64,000 nucleotides of DNA, taken from sequence record NZ_CP010801.1; one strand, given 5' to 3'. The position numbers and the translations under genes are program-made. Within the stretch, counting starts at the first letter, position 1, and every line of letters begins with the position of its first letter. This DNA comes from a plasmid. This document shows positions 9,575 to 19,699 of the stretch, one piece after another. A model generated the notes under the pieces. The model was not told the origin of the DNA, did not search any database, and saw nothing but the letters and a program-made list of their open reading frames with translations.

Positions 9575-10406
9575 CTAGCCCGCACTCAACCCCCACAACA
9601 CATCCAGCACATGTTGCGTAGGCCGCTCGACGTCCCCACCACGGTGGGCAATACCAAGTTGACGCCACAATAAGGGCTGTAATGGCCGCATGACGATCCT
9701 GGTATCGGGCAATGGCGTGGAGGCTTCATGCGGCAACAACGTCGCACCATAACCGGCCGCCACTAGGCTTTTGATCGCATCGTTGTAGTTCAGTTGAATA
9801 CGCGGCGTGGGCTGCCGTCCATCACTGGCGAACCACTCCGAGGTCAAGCGCGAAAGCCGAGTAGTTTTGTCATTCAGAATTAATGGCTGGGCGGCCAGCC
9901 AACCGGGGGTCACAACATCCGGGCATTCCCAGCGAGCCGGCAAGAAGGCCATGACCGGGTCCCGCCGCCATGGCTCGATCCGCAATTCCTTCACCGGGGT
10001 CTGTGGCAGCGCGACCAGACCGATCTCCAAAGAGCCCTCGGCAAGCTTCTTCAAAGTTTCCTGCGACGTGAGCACCGCGACCTGCACATCGATAGCGGGA
10101 TGGCGTTGGCCCAACGTCTCCAAAGCTTGCGGCATCAACTGTGCGATGGCCCCTGTGGAGGCACCCAGCCGCACACGCCCGGCCAAGCCCTGCACCTGAC
10201 GCTCCACGTCCTCAAGCGCCTGCTCCGCATCCGCCAACAGGCGCCGCGCGCGCTCCACCAGCGTTTCTCCAATCGCCGAAGGCTGAATGCGCCCACGTGT
10301 GCGCGACAACAGCTTTCCGCCAACCCGCGACTCCAGGTCGGCAATATGCAAACTGACCGTGGGTGGCGCGAGGTGCAGCACACGGGCCGCCTCGGCAAAC
10401 GAACCC
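9575..10406 (-). pseudogene. LysR-family regulator, C-terminal part, disrupted by the Tn4651-like insertion
   Basis: LysR substrate-binding domain. The N-terminal 21 codons are found at 18598-18660, and the IR supplies a fortuitous in-frame start. Confidence 0.7.
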
Positions 10407-10446
10407 GGGGTCATGCCAAGATGAGGCCAGTTCGCTATCATAAGCC
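10407..10446 (+). repeat. Left terminal IR of the Tn4651-like transposon
   Basis: GGGGTCATGCCAAGATGAGGCCAGTTCGCTATCATAAGCC. Confidence 0.7.
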
Positions 10447-10493
10447 TTCAAGTAATGAAGGCGGCGCGAATCATACGTTTCAGTAATTAAGGA

Positions 10494-11531
10494 TCACGGC
10501 GCTTTCGTCCGCTGGCCAACGCGTCCTGGTGTTGCCTTCTTCAACTCGCTCACCAGCCGGCGCGTTGTTTCCGCTTCGGTTTCGGCGCGCTCAGCCCGCC
10601 GTAGCGCCTCCTCCAGCAACGACTGGGTCTGCACCAGTTCTTCGGCCGTTTCACGCTGCCGCGTGGCGGCTCCCTCCGCCTGCTGCCGCACTGCGCCCAG
10701 TTCCATGCGCAACGTGCCGATCGCATTGGCATGTGTCACGGCGCTTTCTTGCATCGCGGTACGCGCGGCCACAACCTGCGCACGTAGCTCATCGGCCAGC
10801 TTGTCGCTTTTCTGACGGGCGGTGCGCTCCTGGTCGATCTCGCGCAACGCACGTTTCTCGTGGCTGGCGGCACGCTCTTCTGCTGCATCCGCGCGGGCCC
10901 GCTCACGATCGAGCTGCGCGCCAAATTCAACCCGAGCCTGTGTGAGCTGCTGTGCCGCCTCGTCCAACTGCCGGCGGGTCTCCTGCAGACGCGCTTCGGT
11001 TGCTGCGTGGCCCTGGCGCTCAGCAGACAGCATTTCTTGAAGCGCGGCAAGCTGCCCGCGCACCGAGTCCAGCTGTGCCTGAATGACCGCGGTCGCTTGT
11101 CGCGCGGTTTCGCTTTCCGCAGTGGCTTGGTCGCGCGCGGCTTCGGCGGCGTGCGCCTGGTGGCGCGCTTCGGCCCGCAGTGCGGCCAGTTCGGTGGCCG
11201 CCGCGGACGAGGCCGCTTGCCAGATGGCCAACACTGCCTCGGCGGCAACCTGCTTCAAGGCCTCGGGGAGATCTGGGTGGTCGATCGTCACCCGTGTTTT
11301 GTCGCGCAGGTCCTGCCAGAACCGGTTCAGCACGTGGGAAGGTGTGCTCATGCTGCCCTTGCGCACCAGACTGTAGAGCTTGTTGGCCGTCGGTGTGACG
11401 CCATAGCGGAAAAACAGCAGCGCGCAGACTTCGCGGTACAGCTCCCGCGTCTCGGTGAAACGGCCGCGCAGCGCCGCGATATCGGCCTGCAGCGCTTGGT
11501 CTTCGGCGGTGGATGCGGGGTCAAGCGTCAT
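10494..11531 (-). CDS. kfrA: KfrA-like DNA-binding coiled-coil protein
   Basis: N-terminal KfrA_N-like segment (TPTANKLYSLVRKGSMSTPSHVLNRFWQDL) followed by a long Ala/Glu/Arg/Gln-rich coiled coil. Confidence 0.6.
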   Translation of the reverse strand: MTLDPASTAEDQALQADIAALRGRFTETRELYREVCALLFFRYGVTPTANKLYSLVRKGSMSTPSHVLNRFWQDLRDKTRVTIDHPDLPEALKQVAAEAVLAIWQAASSAAATELAALRAEARHQAHAAEAARDQATAESETARQATAVIQAQLDSVRGQLAALQEMLSAERQGHAATEARLQETRRQLDEAAQQLTQARVEFGAQLDRERARADAAEERAASHEKRALREIDQERTARQKSDKLADELRAQVVAARTAMQESAVTHANAIGTLRMELGAVRQQAEGAATRQRETAEELVQTQSLLEEALRRAERAETEAETTRRLVSELKKATPGRVGQRTKAP

Positions 11532-11744
11532 GACGGGCCTGGATTTCAGTTCGAATGAGTCAATAATATGCCGTAAACCGCGTGATTTCATAATTTCAAG
11601 TACAAACTTGAGACATAAGTACGCTTCTGTCTAGACTATACTGCGCACTGGCCCCGCACAATACGCCTCGCCCGAGGTGACCTCGCAGGCGGTTGATTGT
11701 CCTACGTTGAATCACTATGATTGGTTTCTAATCGACATGATTGG

Positions 11745-12476
11745 ATGACGCCGAACCTCATGAATCTCTCCGATATGCCCTCCACCGGTACCGGCTGGGA
11801 TCGCCTTGAAGCCGCCTTCAAGGAGGAGCGTCCCCTGCAGCCGATCCGCAAGATCGTCGTCAAAGGCTCGGTCGACATGGTGTTCCGGCGCGCGGACACG
11901 CCAACGCTGGTCGTTGCCGGCGAAACGGCGGATGCGGTGACCTCGGTCCGGACCGCCTACAAAGGCGACAAACTGGTGATCGAGCGCGAAGGCGTGTCGA
12001 TCCGCTTCGGCAGCAGCCACATGACCTTCCACGGCACGGTCGGCTCGGTGGTCTTGGGCGACATCGTGAACGGCAAGCCCACCGGGCCGGCCATTTCCCT
12101 GCACCAGCCGCGCGCGGTGGTCGGCATCGCGCTGCCCGAGTTCCCGGCGATCAAGATCAAGGGCAGCGGCGATGTCACCTTGCTCGATCTGCAGCAAGAC
12201 GCCTTGGACCTGGAAATCCCGGGTTCGGGCGATATCACCGCCAGCGGCCACGTCGCCCGCTTGCACGTGCAGGTCGTGGGCTCTGGCGATGTCGATGCCA
12301 GTGCGCTGATCGCCGAGTCGGCCGACCTGTCGGTGGCGGGTTCCGGCGACATTGACGCCTTCGTGCGGACCGAGGTGCGCGCCCGCGTGGCCGGCTCGGG
12401 TGACATCGTCGTGCGGGGCAACCCGCTGCGCTGGGACGACCACGTGGCTGGCTCCGGCACGATCAAGTTTCGTTGA
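11745..12476 (+). CDS. DUF2807 / head GIN domain protein (repeated GSGD strands)
   Basis: Seven GSGD(V/I) repeats. Confidence 0.55.
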   Translation: MTPNLMNLSDMPSTGTGWDRLEAAFKEERPLQPIRKIVVKGSVDMVFRRADTPTLVVAGETADAVTSVRTAYKGDKLVIEREGVSIRFGSSHMTFHGTVGSVVLGDIVNGKPTGPAISLHQPRAVVGIALPEFPAIKIKGSGDVTLLDLQQDALDLEIPGSGDITASGHVARLHVQVVGSGDVDASALIAESADLSVAGSGDIDAFVRTEVRARVAGSGDIVVRGNPLRWDDHVAGSGTIKFR

Positions 12477-12527
12477 CGGCGGCAGGCCCAGCACTCCGCT
12501 GCATTGACCCGATTTCAGGAGGACGCC

Positions 12528-12791
12528 ATGTCCAAAGCCGAAACCCGCGTATTGACCGCACATGTCCCAGTGCCGCTGGCCGAGAAGGTGGACCAGTTGG
12601 CCGACCGCCTCGAACGCTCGCGCGGCTGGATCATGAAACAGGCACTGTCGGCCTGGATCGCCCAGGAAGAGGAGCGCGACCGCCTCACCCGCGAGGCGCT
12701 GGCCGACGTGGACGCCGGCCGCGTCATTGGCCACCAGGCCGTGCAGGCCTGGGCGGACAGCCTGGGTGCCGGTGAGCCGGTGCCGCGCTGA
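12528..12791 (+). CDS. parD: Ribbon-helix-helix antitoxin (ParD/CopG-like)
   Basis: Small acidic RHH-type protein immediately upstream of the ParE-like toxin, overlapping it by 1 nt. Confidence 0.65.
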   Translation: MSKAETRVLTAHVPVPLAEKVDQLADRLERSRGWIMKQALSAWIAQEEERDRLTREALADVDAGRVIGHQAVQAWADSLGAGEPVPR

Positions 12792-13066
12792 TGGAACTGC
12801 AGTGGACCAGCAAGGCGCAGGAAGACCTCACGCGCCTGTATGAGTTTCTCGCGCCGGTGAACAGGCCGGCCGCCGCGCGCGCGGTGCAGGCTTTGGTCAA
12901 GGCGCCAGAAATCCTGCTGACCAACCCGCGCGTGGGCGAGCAACTGTTCCAGTTCGAACCGCGCGAAGTGCGGCGCATGCTCGTCGGCCAGTATGAAATG
13001 CGCTACGAGATCCGGGGCGAGAGCATTTACCTGCTGCGGCTGTGGCACACCCGCGAAGACCGATAA
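12791..13066 (+). CDS. parE: ParE/RelE-family toxin
   Basis: 91 aa with a ParE-like C-terminus (YEIRGESIYLLRLWHTRE). Confidence 0.7.
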   Translation: MELQWTSKAQEDLTRLYEFLAPVNRPAAARAVQALVKAPEILLTNPRVGEQLFQFEPREVRRMLVGQYEMRYEIRGESIYLLRLWHTREDR

Positions 13067-13080
13067 CAGGGAGCAAGACC

Positions 13081-13722
13081 ATGCTGGAGTACCGACTGAC
13101 GCCGAACCATGCCGGCGTCGCATTGTGGTGGGATTTCGCGGCGCTGGAGCGCCTGCACGGCTTCATCCACTACGTCGTGCAGGAAAGCGTCTACATCGAG
13201 GACAAGGAAGGCTTCGTGCTCGGCTTGGCGTACGACGTGCGCAAAGCCTATTCGGGGCAGCGCAGCGTGGACCAGCGCGGCGATACCAAGGACGACCGTT
13301 GCCGTATCTACGGCGTCGAAGTCCTGTGGCCCGTACTCCTGACGCAAGTCGGGGTGCTGCGCCAGGCCATGGCCTTCATCCCGACCAACAAGCTGGACCA
13401 GTCGATCATGTTCGAGCTGGAGCACGTGGTCGAATCGGCGGTGCGCGCCGCCACGCCGGTGTTGGCCGATGAAGTCATCCACCGCACGCGGTCCGCTGCG
13501 AGCGCCACCTATGTCCACCTAGACAGCGTGCTCGATAGCCGCTGCCGGTACTTCATTGCACTGCCGCCCAAACAGCGCCTCAAGATGCTGCCCAAGGTGA
13601 TGGCGACGTTCGACCCGATGTACGGGATCTTGGCCAAGTCGGATATCACGTTGCGCCCCGATGTCATCCCACCCACCGCCTTCGTCGACAGCGACGAAGA
13701 CTGGCCGGACTTCGAGTGGTGA
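13081..13722 (+). CDS. Hypothetical protein upstream of the tyrosine recombinase (candidate recombination accessory factor)
   Basis: 214 aa; no family recognised. Confidence 0.5.
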   Translation: MLEYRLTPNHAGVALWWDFAALERLHGFIHYVVQESVYIEDKEGFVLGLAYDVRKAYSGQRSVDQRGDTKDDRCRIYGVEVLWPVLLTQVGVLRQAMAFIPTNKLDQSIMFELEHVVESAVRAATPVLADEVIHRTRSAASATYVHLDSVLDSRCRYFIALPPKQRLKMLPKVMATFDPMYGILAKSDITLRPDVIPPTAFVDSDEDWPDFEW

Positions 13723-13756
13723 AACGCCCGCACGCTAGGACGGCGGCCCTGCATCG

Positions 13757-14950
13757 ATGACCCATCCCGTTCCATCGTTCAACGGTCCCGCGGTGGCCAT
13801 CGAGCAGTTGCGCATCCCGCCAGCGCTCTCGGGCCTTCACGGCGCCAACCGCGCACGCGAAGCGAGCCGCCAAATCACGGCGGATGACGACCTGGCCGCC
13901 GTGGCTGCGTGGCTCGCCCGCTATGCCGGCGTGCCCGGCACGGTCGCCACCTACCGCAAGGAAGCCGAACGCCTGATACTGTGGGCGATTCTCCAGCACG
14001 GCAAGCCGCTGTCTTCACTCACCCACGAGGACCTGCTGCTCTACGAGCGCTTCCTGGCCGACCCGCAGCCAGCTTGGCGTTGGGTGATGGCCTCACGCAA
14101 GAAGCTGGCGAGAAGCTCGCCCGACTGGCGCCCCTTCGCCGGTCCACTGTCGCCCACGAGCGTGCGGCATGCGATGACGATCCTCAACGCGCTCTTCGCC
14201 TGGCTGGTGCAAGCCGGATACCTCGCCGGGAATCCGCTCTCGCTCGCGCGCCGTCGCAGCGCCAAGACAGCCCCGCGCGTGACGCGCTACCTCACGCATG
14301 CGCATTGGGACATCGTCAAAGCCACGATCGAAACCCTGCCCGTCGCGACGGAACGCGACCGGCTGCACGCGGCCCGTTGCCGGTGGTTGTTCTCCGTGCT
14401 GTATTTGGCCGGCCTGCGCTTAGCGGAAATCGCCTCCACGCGCATGGGCGCCGTGTTCTCTCGCCGGGACGCGGCGGGCGTCGAGCGCTGGTGGATCGAG
14501 GTGCACGGCAAAGGCGGCAAGACGCGCCTGGTGCCCGCCACCGATGAACTGATCGCGGAGCTGGCGCGCTATCGGCGCATCTGCGGCCTGCCGCCGTCAC
14601 CGCAGATCGGCGAAACACGCCCTTTGCTGCTGCCCGTGATCGGCCCGGAAAAGCCGTTATCGCGCGCGGCGATTCACCTGATCGTCAAGGAGGTGTTCAA
14701 GCTCGCGGCCGACCGCGTGCGTGCACAGGGTCCCGAGTTTGGCGCGCAGGCTGACGTGCTCGCCAGCGCATCGTCCCACTGGCTGCGCCACACGGCCGGC
14801 TCGCACATGTCCGACCAACAGGTGGACCTGCGCTTCGTGCGTGACAACTTCGGCCATGCGTCGCTCGCCACGACGAGTGTCTACCTCCACGCGGAAGATG
14901 ACGCACGCCACCAGGCAACGCAAGCCAGCCACCGGCTTGGCTGGAACTGA
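13757..14950 (+). CDS. Tyrosine site-specific recombinase with a DUF3701-like N-terminal domain (candidate cointegrate resolvase)
   Basis: C-terminal R...HxxR...Y catalytic region (HWLRHT, LATTSVYLH); paralogous to the recombinase at 23503. Confidence 0.75.
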   Translation: MTHPVPSFNGPAVAIEQLRIPPALSGLHGANRAREASRQITADDDLAAVAAWLARYAGVPGTVATYRKEAERLILWAILQHGKPLSSLTHEDLLLYERFLADPQPAWRWVMASRKKLARSSPDWRPFAGPLSPTSVRHAMTILNALFAWLVQAGYLAGNPLSLARRRSAKTAPRVTRYLTHAHWDIVKATIETLPVATERDRLHAARCRWLFSVLYLAGLRLAEIASTRMGAVFSRRDAAGVERWWIEVHGKGGKTRLVPATDELIAELARYRRICGLPPSPQIGETRPLLLPVIGPEKPLSRAAIHLIVKEVFKLAADRVRAQGPEFGAQADVLASASSHWLRHTAGSHMSDQQVDLRFVRDNFGHASLATTSVYLHAEDDARHQATQASHRLGWN

Positions 14951-15115
14951 GCGTACCCAATTCTCGATGGCATGCTCCACGCGCGGCGGCTGCCGGCATC
15001 ACCCACGAAAACGGGCAAATCGCCATGGCAGCCAGCGCATCGAAGGCGCCACCATGAGCTGGCCAACGAAGCGTGGCGACGCCTTCTACGTTGGCTTTCG
15101 GGCCGAATGGCTCGG

Positions 15116-15451
15116 CTAGTCGGCTGGGCTCAGGTGTTCCAGTGGCTCCAATGATTGGCGCATCCGCTCCAGTGCCGCGAGCCAGTCGCCAAGCTCCATC
15201 AGCACCGCGTCGACTTGTTCAACCAGTGTCGGTCCATCCGTGCTGTAGGCTAGGCTCGCGTCGTTAATCACGGTATGAGCCATGCCGTGCAGGCGCAGCA
15301 GATCGTCGCGCAACCCGTCCGGCGCGCATCGTGCTCGAATCCCATCGAGCAACTCCACCGCATGCAGAATGGTGCGGGTATCGAACGACTGCCGGAGCCC
15401 CTGCAATGCTTCGCTGTCGACATCCCCGTAGGGGGTCTTGGTCTCAGGCAT
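15116..15451 (-). CDS. tnpC: Small TnpC-like protein downstream of tnpA
   Basis: 111 aa, overlapping the tnpA 3' end by 8 nt, as in Tn4651-group tnpA-tnpC. Confidence 0.5.
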   Translation of the reverse strand: MPETKTPYGDVDSEALQGLRQSFDTRTILHAVELLDGIRARCAPDGLRDDLLRLHGMAHTVINDASLAYSTDGPTLVEQVDAVLMELGDWLAALERMRQSLEPLEHLSPAD

Positions 15452-18443
15452 GGCGAGCCCTGCGGACAGCGCGGGCGGGTCCCGCGAACAACCCATCGCG
15501 AATCCAGGCCTCCGGTACGCGCTCTAGGTGCAGCTTGTAGTCACCAAAGCGCTTGATGTTGTGGGTCAGATAAGGACTCAGGAATTCGATGTCGGCGACG
15601 TTCACTTTGATGCCCTCGCTGACCATCGTGCGTAGGGCCTGCATCAGGTCTGCGGTGTTCTGGAGGATCACGGCCGAGGCGATCAGGTCGTTGTAGCGCA
15701 GGCGTTTCTGCTGCTCCTCGGGCTCGTTTTCCGCGATCACGTCACCACCGAACGAGAACCACTTCGCAAAGCCGTTGTACGACTCGATCTTGTTGGTGGT
15801 GGCGGTCACTTCCTGGCGCAGCTCGCGACTGCCGACCCATTCGAGCAGGTACACGGTGCGCACGACGTTGCCCAGTTCTCGCGCGGCCAGGTAGAGGCGG
15901 TTCTTGCGGCTCTCCGAGCCCAATCTGCGCAGCAGCAGCGGCGAAGAGATGGTGCCGGCCTGGATCGACAGCGCCACCTGCATCAGGTCCTGCCAGTGAA
16001 AAGCGATCAGATCCCAGTCGACCACCGCCGAGAACAACGAATCGATGTGCTTGTATTTGACGCCGGCATCGGGCTTGTACAGATCCAGTTCCTTCCAGTT
16101 GCGAATGCGGGGCATCAGATTGATGCCAAGCAAGTGGGTGAAAGCGAAGACCGCCGCCGACTGCCCCTGCGTGTCGGCGTGCACGGTGTCGGCCTCGACG
16201 CTCAGGTTGGCCTTGAGCAGCCCTTCGATGACATAGATGGCTTCCCACACACCAGGCGGGATGAAGTGCCGAAACACCGCGATGTAATTGTCGGCCACAT
16301 GCCGGTAAGCCACGGCGCCCATCTTGTGGTAACGAAAATGATAGCCGGCCAGCAGATTGTTGTCGTAGAAGTCGTATTGGGTACCGTCGGCGGCCACCGT
16401 TTTGCCGTCGCCCCAGTGTTTAGGCAAATCCAGGCGCAGGTACAGCTCGATCAGCTCGCGCTGCGCGGTCTCCAGCTTCTCCAGGCTCATGTGCCGCCGG
16501 TTGACGAACGACATCATATGGGGGGTGACGCGATCGCCCATATGGCGCGCAGCTTGAGTGGGTCCGAGATTGCAACCCATCGCGAAGATCGTCAGCAGAT
16601 AGCGTTCGGCGGCGTTGCGGATCTTAGGATCGTTGCCGGAGAGCGGCCCGAAGTGCCGGGTGAACTGGGTCCAGTGCTCGATATTGGCCAGCACGTCGAG
16701 CAGGTTGCGCGTCGGCATGCGGCGGATCAGCGCCTGCTGCAAGGCAACGGCCGAGGGCGGAGTTTCGCGCGCAGCGGTGCGCTTGAGTAAGGGTTCGCCG
16801 TCAGCGCTGATGGTGACGTGCTGGCGCTTGTCCGGAAAACTTTTGTCCAGCGTCTGCGCGGCGTCGGCCAGCCACTGCTTGAGGTGCGCGACGAACTCCT
16901 GCGCGTTGGCCGGCAGATCCAGCTTGGCGCAGTACTCTGGCAAGCGCCGCTCGCACTCGCGCCACGGCAACAGGTGGCCCCGGTAGTCGGCAAAGGCGTC
17001 TGACCCCACCACGCACAGATCACCCGAGCGCAACTCGTTGACCATGTGGGACAGCACGCACAACTCCAAGTAGCGCCGGTTGGTGGGCGGACCCTCGTGG
17101 TGCGCTCGCCGGACCAGCTTGCGCCAGCGCTCGGAGGCAAAACTGAGATCGACTTCAGCAGCGATCCACTCCCGGTGCAGTGATTCGTTTTCCAGCGCGA
17201 CCTCCAGCCCGGCTAACAACGTGCGTGATTGGCTGGTCGACTCCCACTCCAACACGCGGGCGAGGCGCAACATCACCGAACGGTGGGCGCGGAAGTGCCG
17301 CCACAACAGCGGCAGATAGTTGTTGCCGCTGAAAGCCCGCACTTCGGCGCAGCGCTCGCGCAGGGGCTCCAGGTCGCCATTGGGAGCCAACAGCTTGCGC
17401 ACCTGCGCGCCGATTCGGGCATCGTCACCGCCATCGGCGACGATATCGACGACACCGTCCAGCACGGTGACAAGGCCTTCGAGCTTGGCGCGCTGGCGAG
17501 ACTGGATGTATTCCAGTTCGTCCTGGGCCCGCTTGTGGATCGCGCCCATACGCCGGATAAACATTTCGGCGAGATCGTCGCGACTGCGCACGCGCATGTG
17601 AGCAAGCAAGGCCACGATCAACGTATAGCGCTTCTCAGGCAGCGTTTCCTTGAGGTTGGCTGCGTCCAGGCCCATGGCCTGGTTGGCCAGCGAACGTAGC
17701 TTGGTGGCAGGCACGCCTTCCAGGACGCCGGATAGGTCGCCAAAAGAATCCAACCACTCCAGATGCTCGATCAGCAGGTTCAGGTGTTTGCGCGAGGGCC
17801 GCCGGGCATGTCGCTTGATGTTGTTGTAGGCGGTCTGCCGGTTGGCGAATTCGCGCGTGAGAAGCTTGTCCAGGCGCTGCCGATCCTCTTCAGAGAGCCG
17901 GCGTGCGACCCGCCTGAACATTGCGTTTTGGGTGCGGGCATGGATTTGCTCGACGATGGTGTCGAGCGTTGAGAACGCAGGCAGTTCAACCTGCTGCAAG
18001 ATCAGCGCATCAATAGTCGCGTTGATAATGTCCACCGGCTGATCCATCGTCTCGGCCGCTTCACGTGCAGCGCGGATGGTGACCTCATTGGCGTCGGTGC
18101 CAATGTAGGGTTGCACGCCGAGGAATTGCCGCACGACGACGTAATGCCGGAACAGCGTGGGAGAGACTTTGCGGTCGTAACCGAACGGCGTATCGGGGTC
18201 CAACCCCGCGCAAACTCGCACGTGATCGACTACGGCGGTGGGAATCGCATCAAGATAGGGGAAATAGTGCAGTTGCTGGAAGATCTTGAGCAGCACCAAG
18301 AGACCTAGGCGCGGACTCTGGCCGCGGGTCGAGCGGGTTGCCCAGTCCAACTCCTCAGCGGTCGGCGTGTAGCAGGCCTGCAGCTCTTTCGTGGAGAAGA
18401 CCTTTGGGAAACGCGGGTAGGCAGTGCGCTCGACGGTGGCCAT
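15444..18443 (-). CDS. tnpA: Tn3-family DDE transposase
   Basis: 999 aa with a Tn3-family TnpA architecture; starts ~110 nt inside the right IR. Confidence 0.85.
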   Translation of the reverse strand: MATVERTAYPRFPKVFSTKELQACYTPTAEELDWATRSTRGQSPRLGLLVLLKIFQQLHYFPYLDAIPTAVVDHVRVCAGLDPDTPFGYDRKVSPTLFRHYVVVRQFLGVQPYIGTDANEVTIRAAREAAETMDQPVDIINATIDALILQQVELPAFSTLDTIVEQIHARTQNAMFRRVARRLSEEDRQRLDKLLTREFANRQTAYNNIKRHARRPSRKHLNLLIEHLEWLDSFGDLSGVLEGVPATKLRSLANQAMGLDAANLKETLPEKRYTLIVALLAHMRVRSRDDLAEMFIRRMGAIHKRAQDELEYIQSRQRAKLEGLVTVLDGVVDIVADGGDDARIGAQVRKLLAPNGDLEPLRERCAEVRAFSGNNYLPLLWRHFRAHRSVMLRLARVLEWESTSQSRTLLAGLEVALENESLHREWIAAEVDLSFASERWRKLVRRAHHEGPPTNRRYLELCVLSHMVNELRSGDLCVVGSDAFADYRGHLLPWRECERRLPEYCAKLDLPANAQEFVAHLKQWLADAAQTLDKSFPDKRQHVTISADGEPLLKRTAARETPPSAVALQQALIRRMPTRNLLDVLANIEHWTQFTRHFGPLSGNDPKIRNAAERYLLTIFAMGCNLGPTQAARHMGDRVTPHMMSFVNRRHMSLEKLETAQRELIELYLRLDLPKHWGDGKTVAADGTQYDFYDNNLLAGYHFRYHKMGAVAYRHVADNYIAVFRHFIPPGVWEAIYVIEGLLKANLSVEADTVHADTQGQSAAVFAFTHLLGINLMPRIRNWKELDLYKPDAGVKYKHIDSLFSAVVDWDLIAFHWQDLMQVALSIQAGTISSPLLLRRLGSESRKNRLYLAARELGNVVRTVYLLEWVGSRELRQEVTATTNKIESYNGFAKWFSFGGDVIAENEPEEQQKRLRYNDLIASAVILQNTADLMQALRTMVSEGIKVNVADIEFLSPYLTHNIKRFGDYKLHLERVPEAWIRDGLFAGPARAVRRARHA

Positions 18444-18551
18444 ACAGGGATCTCCACAATCGCTGAAGGGCCGGCCAGTCTAGCCGACGGCAAAGGCGGA
18501 AATCCAGAGGCTCTTTATAACCAAGAGGCATGCATGCAAACTTCTACATAA

Positions 18552-18597
18552 CTGGCGGGCTTATGATAGCGAATTGGCCTTATCTTGGCATGACCCC
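18552..18597 (-). repeat. Right terminal IR of the Tn4651-like transposon
   Basis: Reverse complement begins GGGGTCATGCCAAGATAAGGCC. Confidence 0.7.
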
Positions 18598-18660
18598 AAC
18601 CCAGGTCGGCAATGGCCACCAACGTGCGCAGACGGTCCAGGCTGATTTCGCGCATGAGTC
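18598..18660 (-). pseudogene. LysR-family regulator, N-terminal 21 codons separated by the transposon
   Basis: MREISLDRLRTLVAIADLG joins in frame to SFAEAARVL at 10406 once the transposon and one AACCC copy are removed. Confidence 0.6.
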
Positions 18661-18769
18661 ACTCCTTGTTCAGAAAAGCTGAATTTCATCGTTTAGAAAT
18701 TCAACTTTTCCTATCTTAGCCCCTCACTGAAGATTGGAACTCCTGATTTCCTATGTCCGAGAGCATTCC

Positions 18770-19699
18770 ATGGCAAGTCCTCTTATATTCATCGACGGCG
18801 ACCAAGGCACCACCGGGTTGCAAATCCATCAACGTCTACGCGACCGGACCGATCTGCGGCTTATCACGCTCAGCCCCGAACATCGCAAGGATCCGCAACG
18901 TCGCGCCGAAATCATCAACGCCTGCGACATCGCGATTCTCTGCTTGCCCGACCAAGCCGCACGCGACGCTGTAGCGAGCATCGAAAACCCCGCCGTTCGG
19001 GTGATCGATGCGAGTTCGGCGCACCGCACCCATCCAGACTGGACCTATGGTTTCGCGGAGATGAACTCGCAGCAGGCCCAACGCATCGCCACGGCACGGC
19101 GGGTCAGCAATCCCGGTTGCTATCCCACGGGGGCGATAGGGCTGCTGCGCCCATTGCTGGAGGCCGGGTTGCTGCCCAGGGACTATCCGACGAACATTCA
19201 TGCTGTGTCGGGCTATTCCGGAAAAGGGCGCGTTGGCGTGCAAGAGCATGAGGGAGAGGGCGCATCACAGGCGCCCGCGTTTCAGGTTTATGGTCTGGGG
19301 CTGGCACACAAACATATTCCGGAGATTCAGCAGCAAAGCGGTCTGATGGAGCGGCCGATGTTTGTGCCGGCTTATGGGGCTTTTCGGCAGGGGATCGTGC
19401 TGACCATACCGTTGCAACTTCGCTTGTTGGCGCCGGGCGTGGATGCGGTGCGGTTGCATGCGTGTCTTATGCAGCACTACGTCGATGCGGACCATGTACA
19501 GGTGATGTCGATGCAGGAGGCCAAAGGGTTGACGTGCCTTGATCCTCAGGCGCTTAACGGGACTGATAGTTTGCGATTGGTGGTGTGTGAAAATGATGAG
19601 ACGGGGCAGGTTTTGTTGGCTGCGGTGTTTGACAATCTTGGGAAGGGAGCCGCTGGAGCGGCGGTGCAGAATCTGGATTTGATGGTTGCAGGAACATGA
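18770..19699 (+). CDS. argC: N-acetyl-gamma-glutamyl-phosphate reductase (short-type ArgC)
   Basis: [13 protein letters not shown]-binding start and a catalytic Cys region (NPGCYPT). Confidence 0.75.
   Translation: MASPLIFIDGDQGTTGLQIHQRLRDRTDLRLITLSPEHRKDPQRRAEIINACDIAILCLPDQAARDAVASIENPAVRVIDASSAHRTHPDWTYGFAEMNSQQAQRIATARRVSNPGCYPTGAIGLLRPLLEAGLLPRDYPTNIHAVSGYSGKGRVGVQEHEGEGASQAPAFQVYGLGLAHKHIPEIQQQSGLMERPMFVPAYGAFRQGIVLTIPLQLRLLAPGVDAVRLHACLMQHYVDADHVQVMSMQEAKGLTCLDPQALNGTDSLRLVVCENDETGQVLLAAVFDNLGKGAAGAAVQNLDLMVAGT

Larger units (their letters stand above)
10407..18597. mobile_element. Tn4651-group Tn3-family transposon (~8.2 kb) with ~46-bp IRs and an AACCC target duplication
   Basis: Right IR GGGGTCATGCCAAGATAAGGCCAATTCGCTATCATAAGCCCGCCAG (18597->18552). 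The left copy at 10407 has 2-3 mismatches. AACCC lies at 10402-10406 and 18598-18602. The tnpA-tnpC arrangement also fits. Confidence 0.75.

Noticed and set aside
11592-11744. AT-rich intergenic region upstream of the kfrA-like gene, with short direct repeats (ATGATTGG x2, AAGTAC x2), as an iteron/origin
   Set aside because: Repeats are too short and few to call iterons. More likely a promoter/operator for the divergent kfrA-like and DUF2807 genes.
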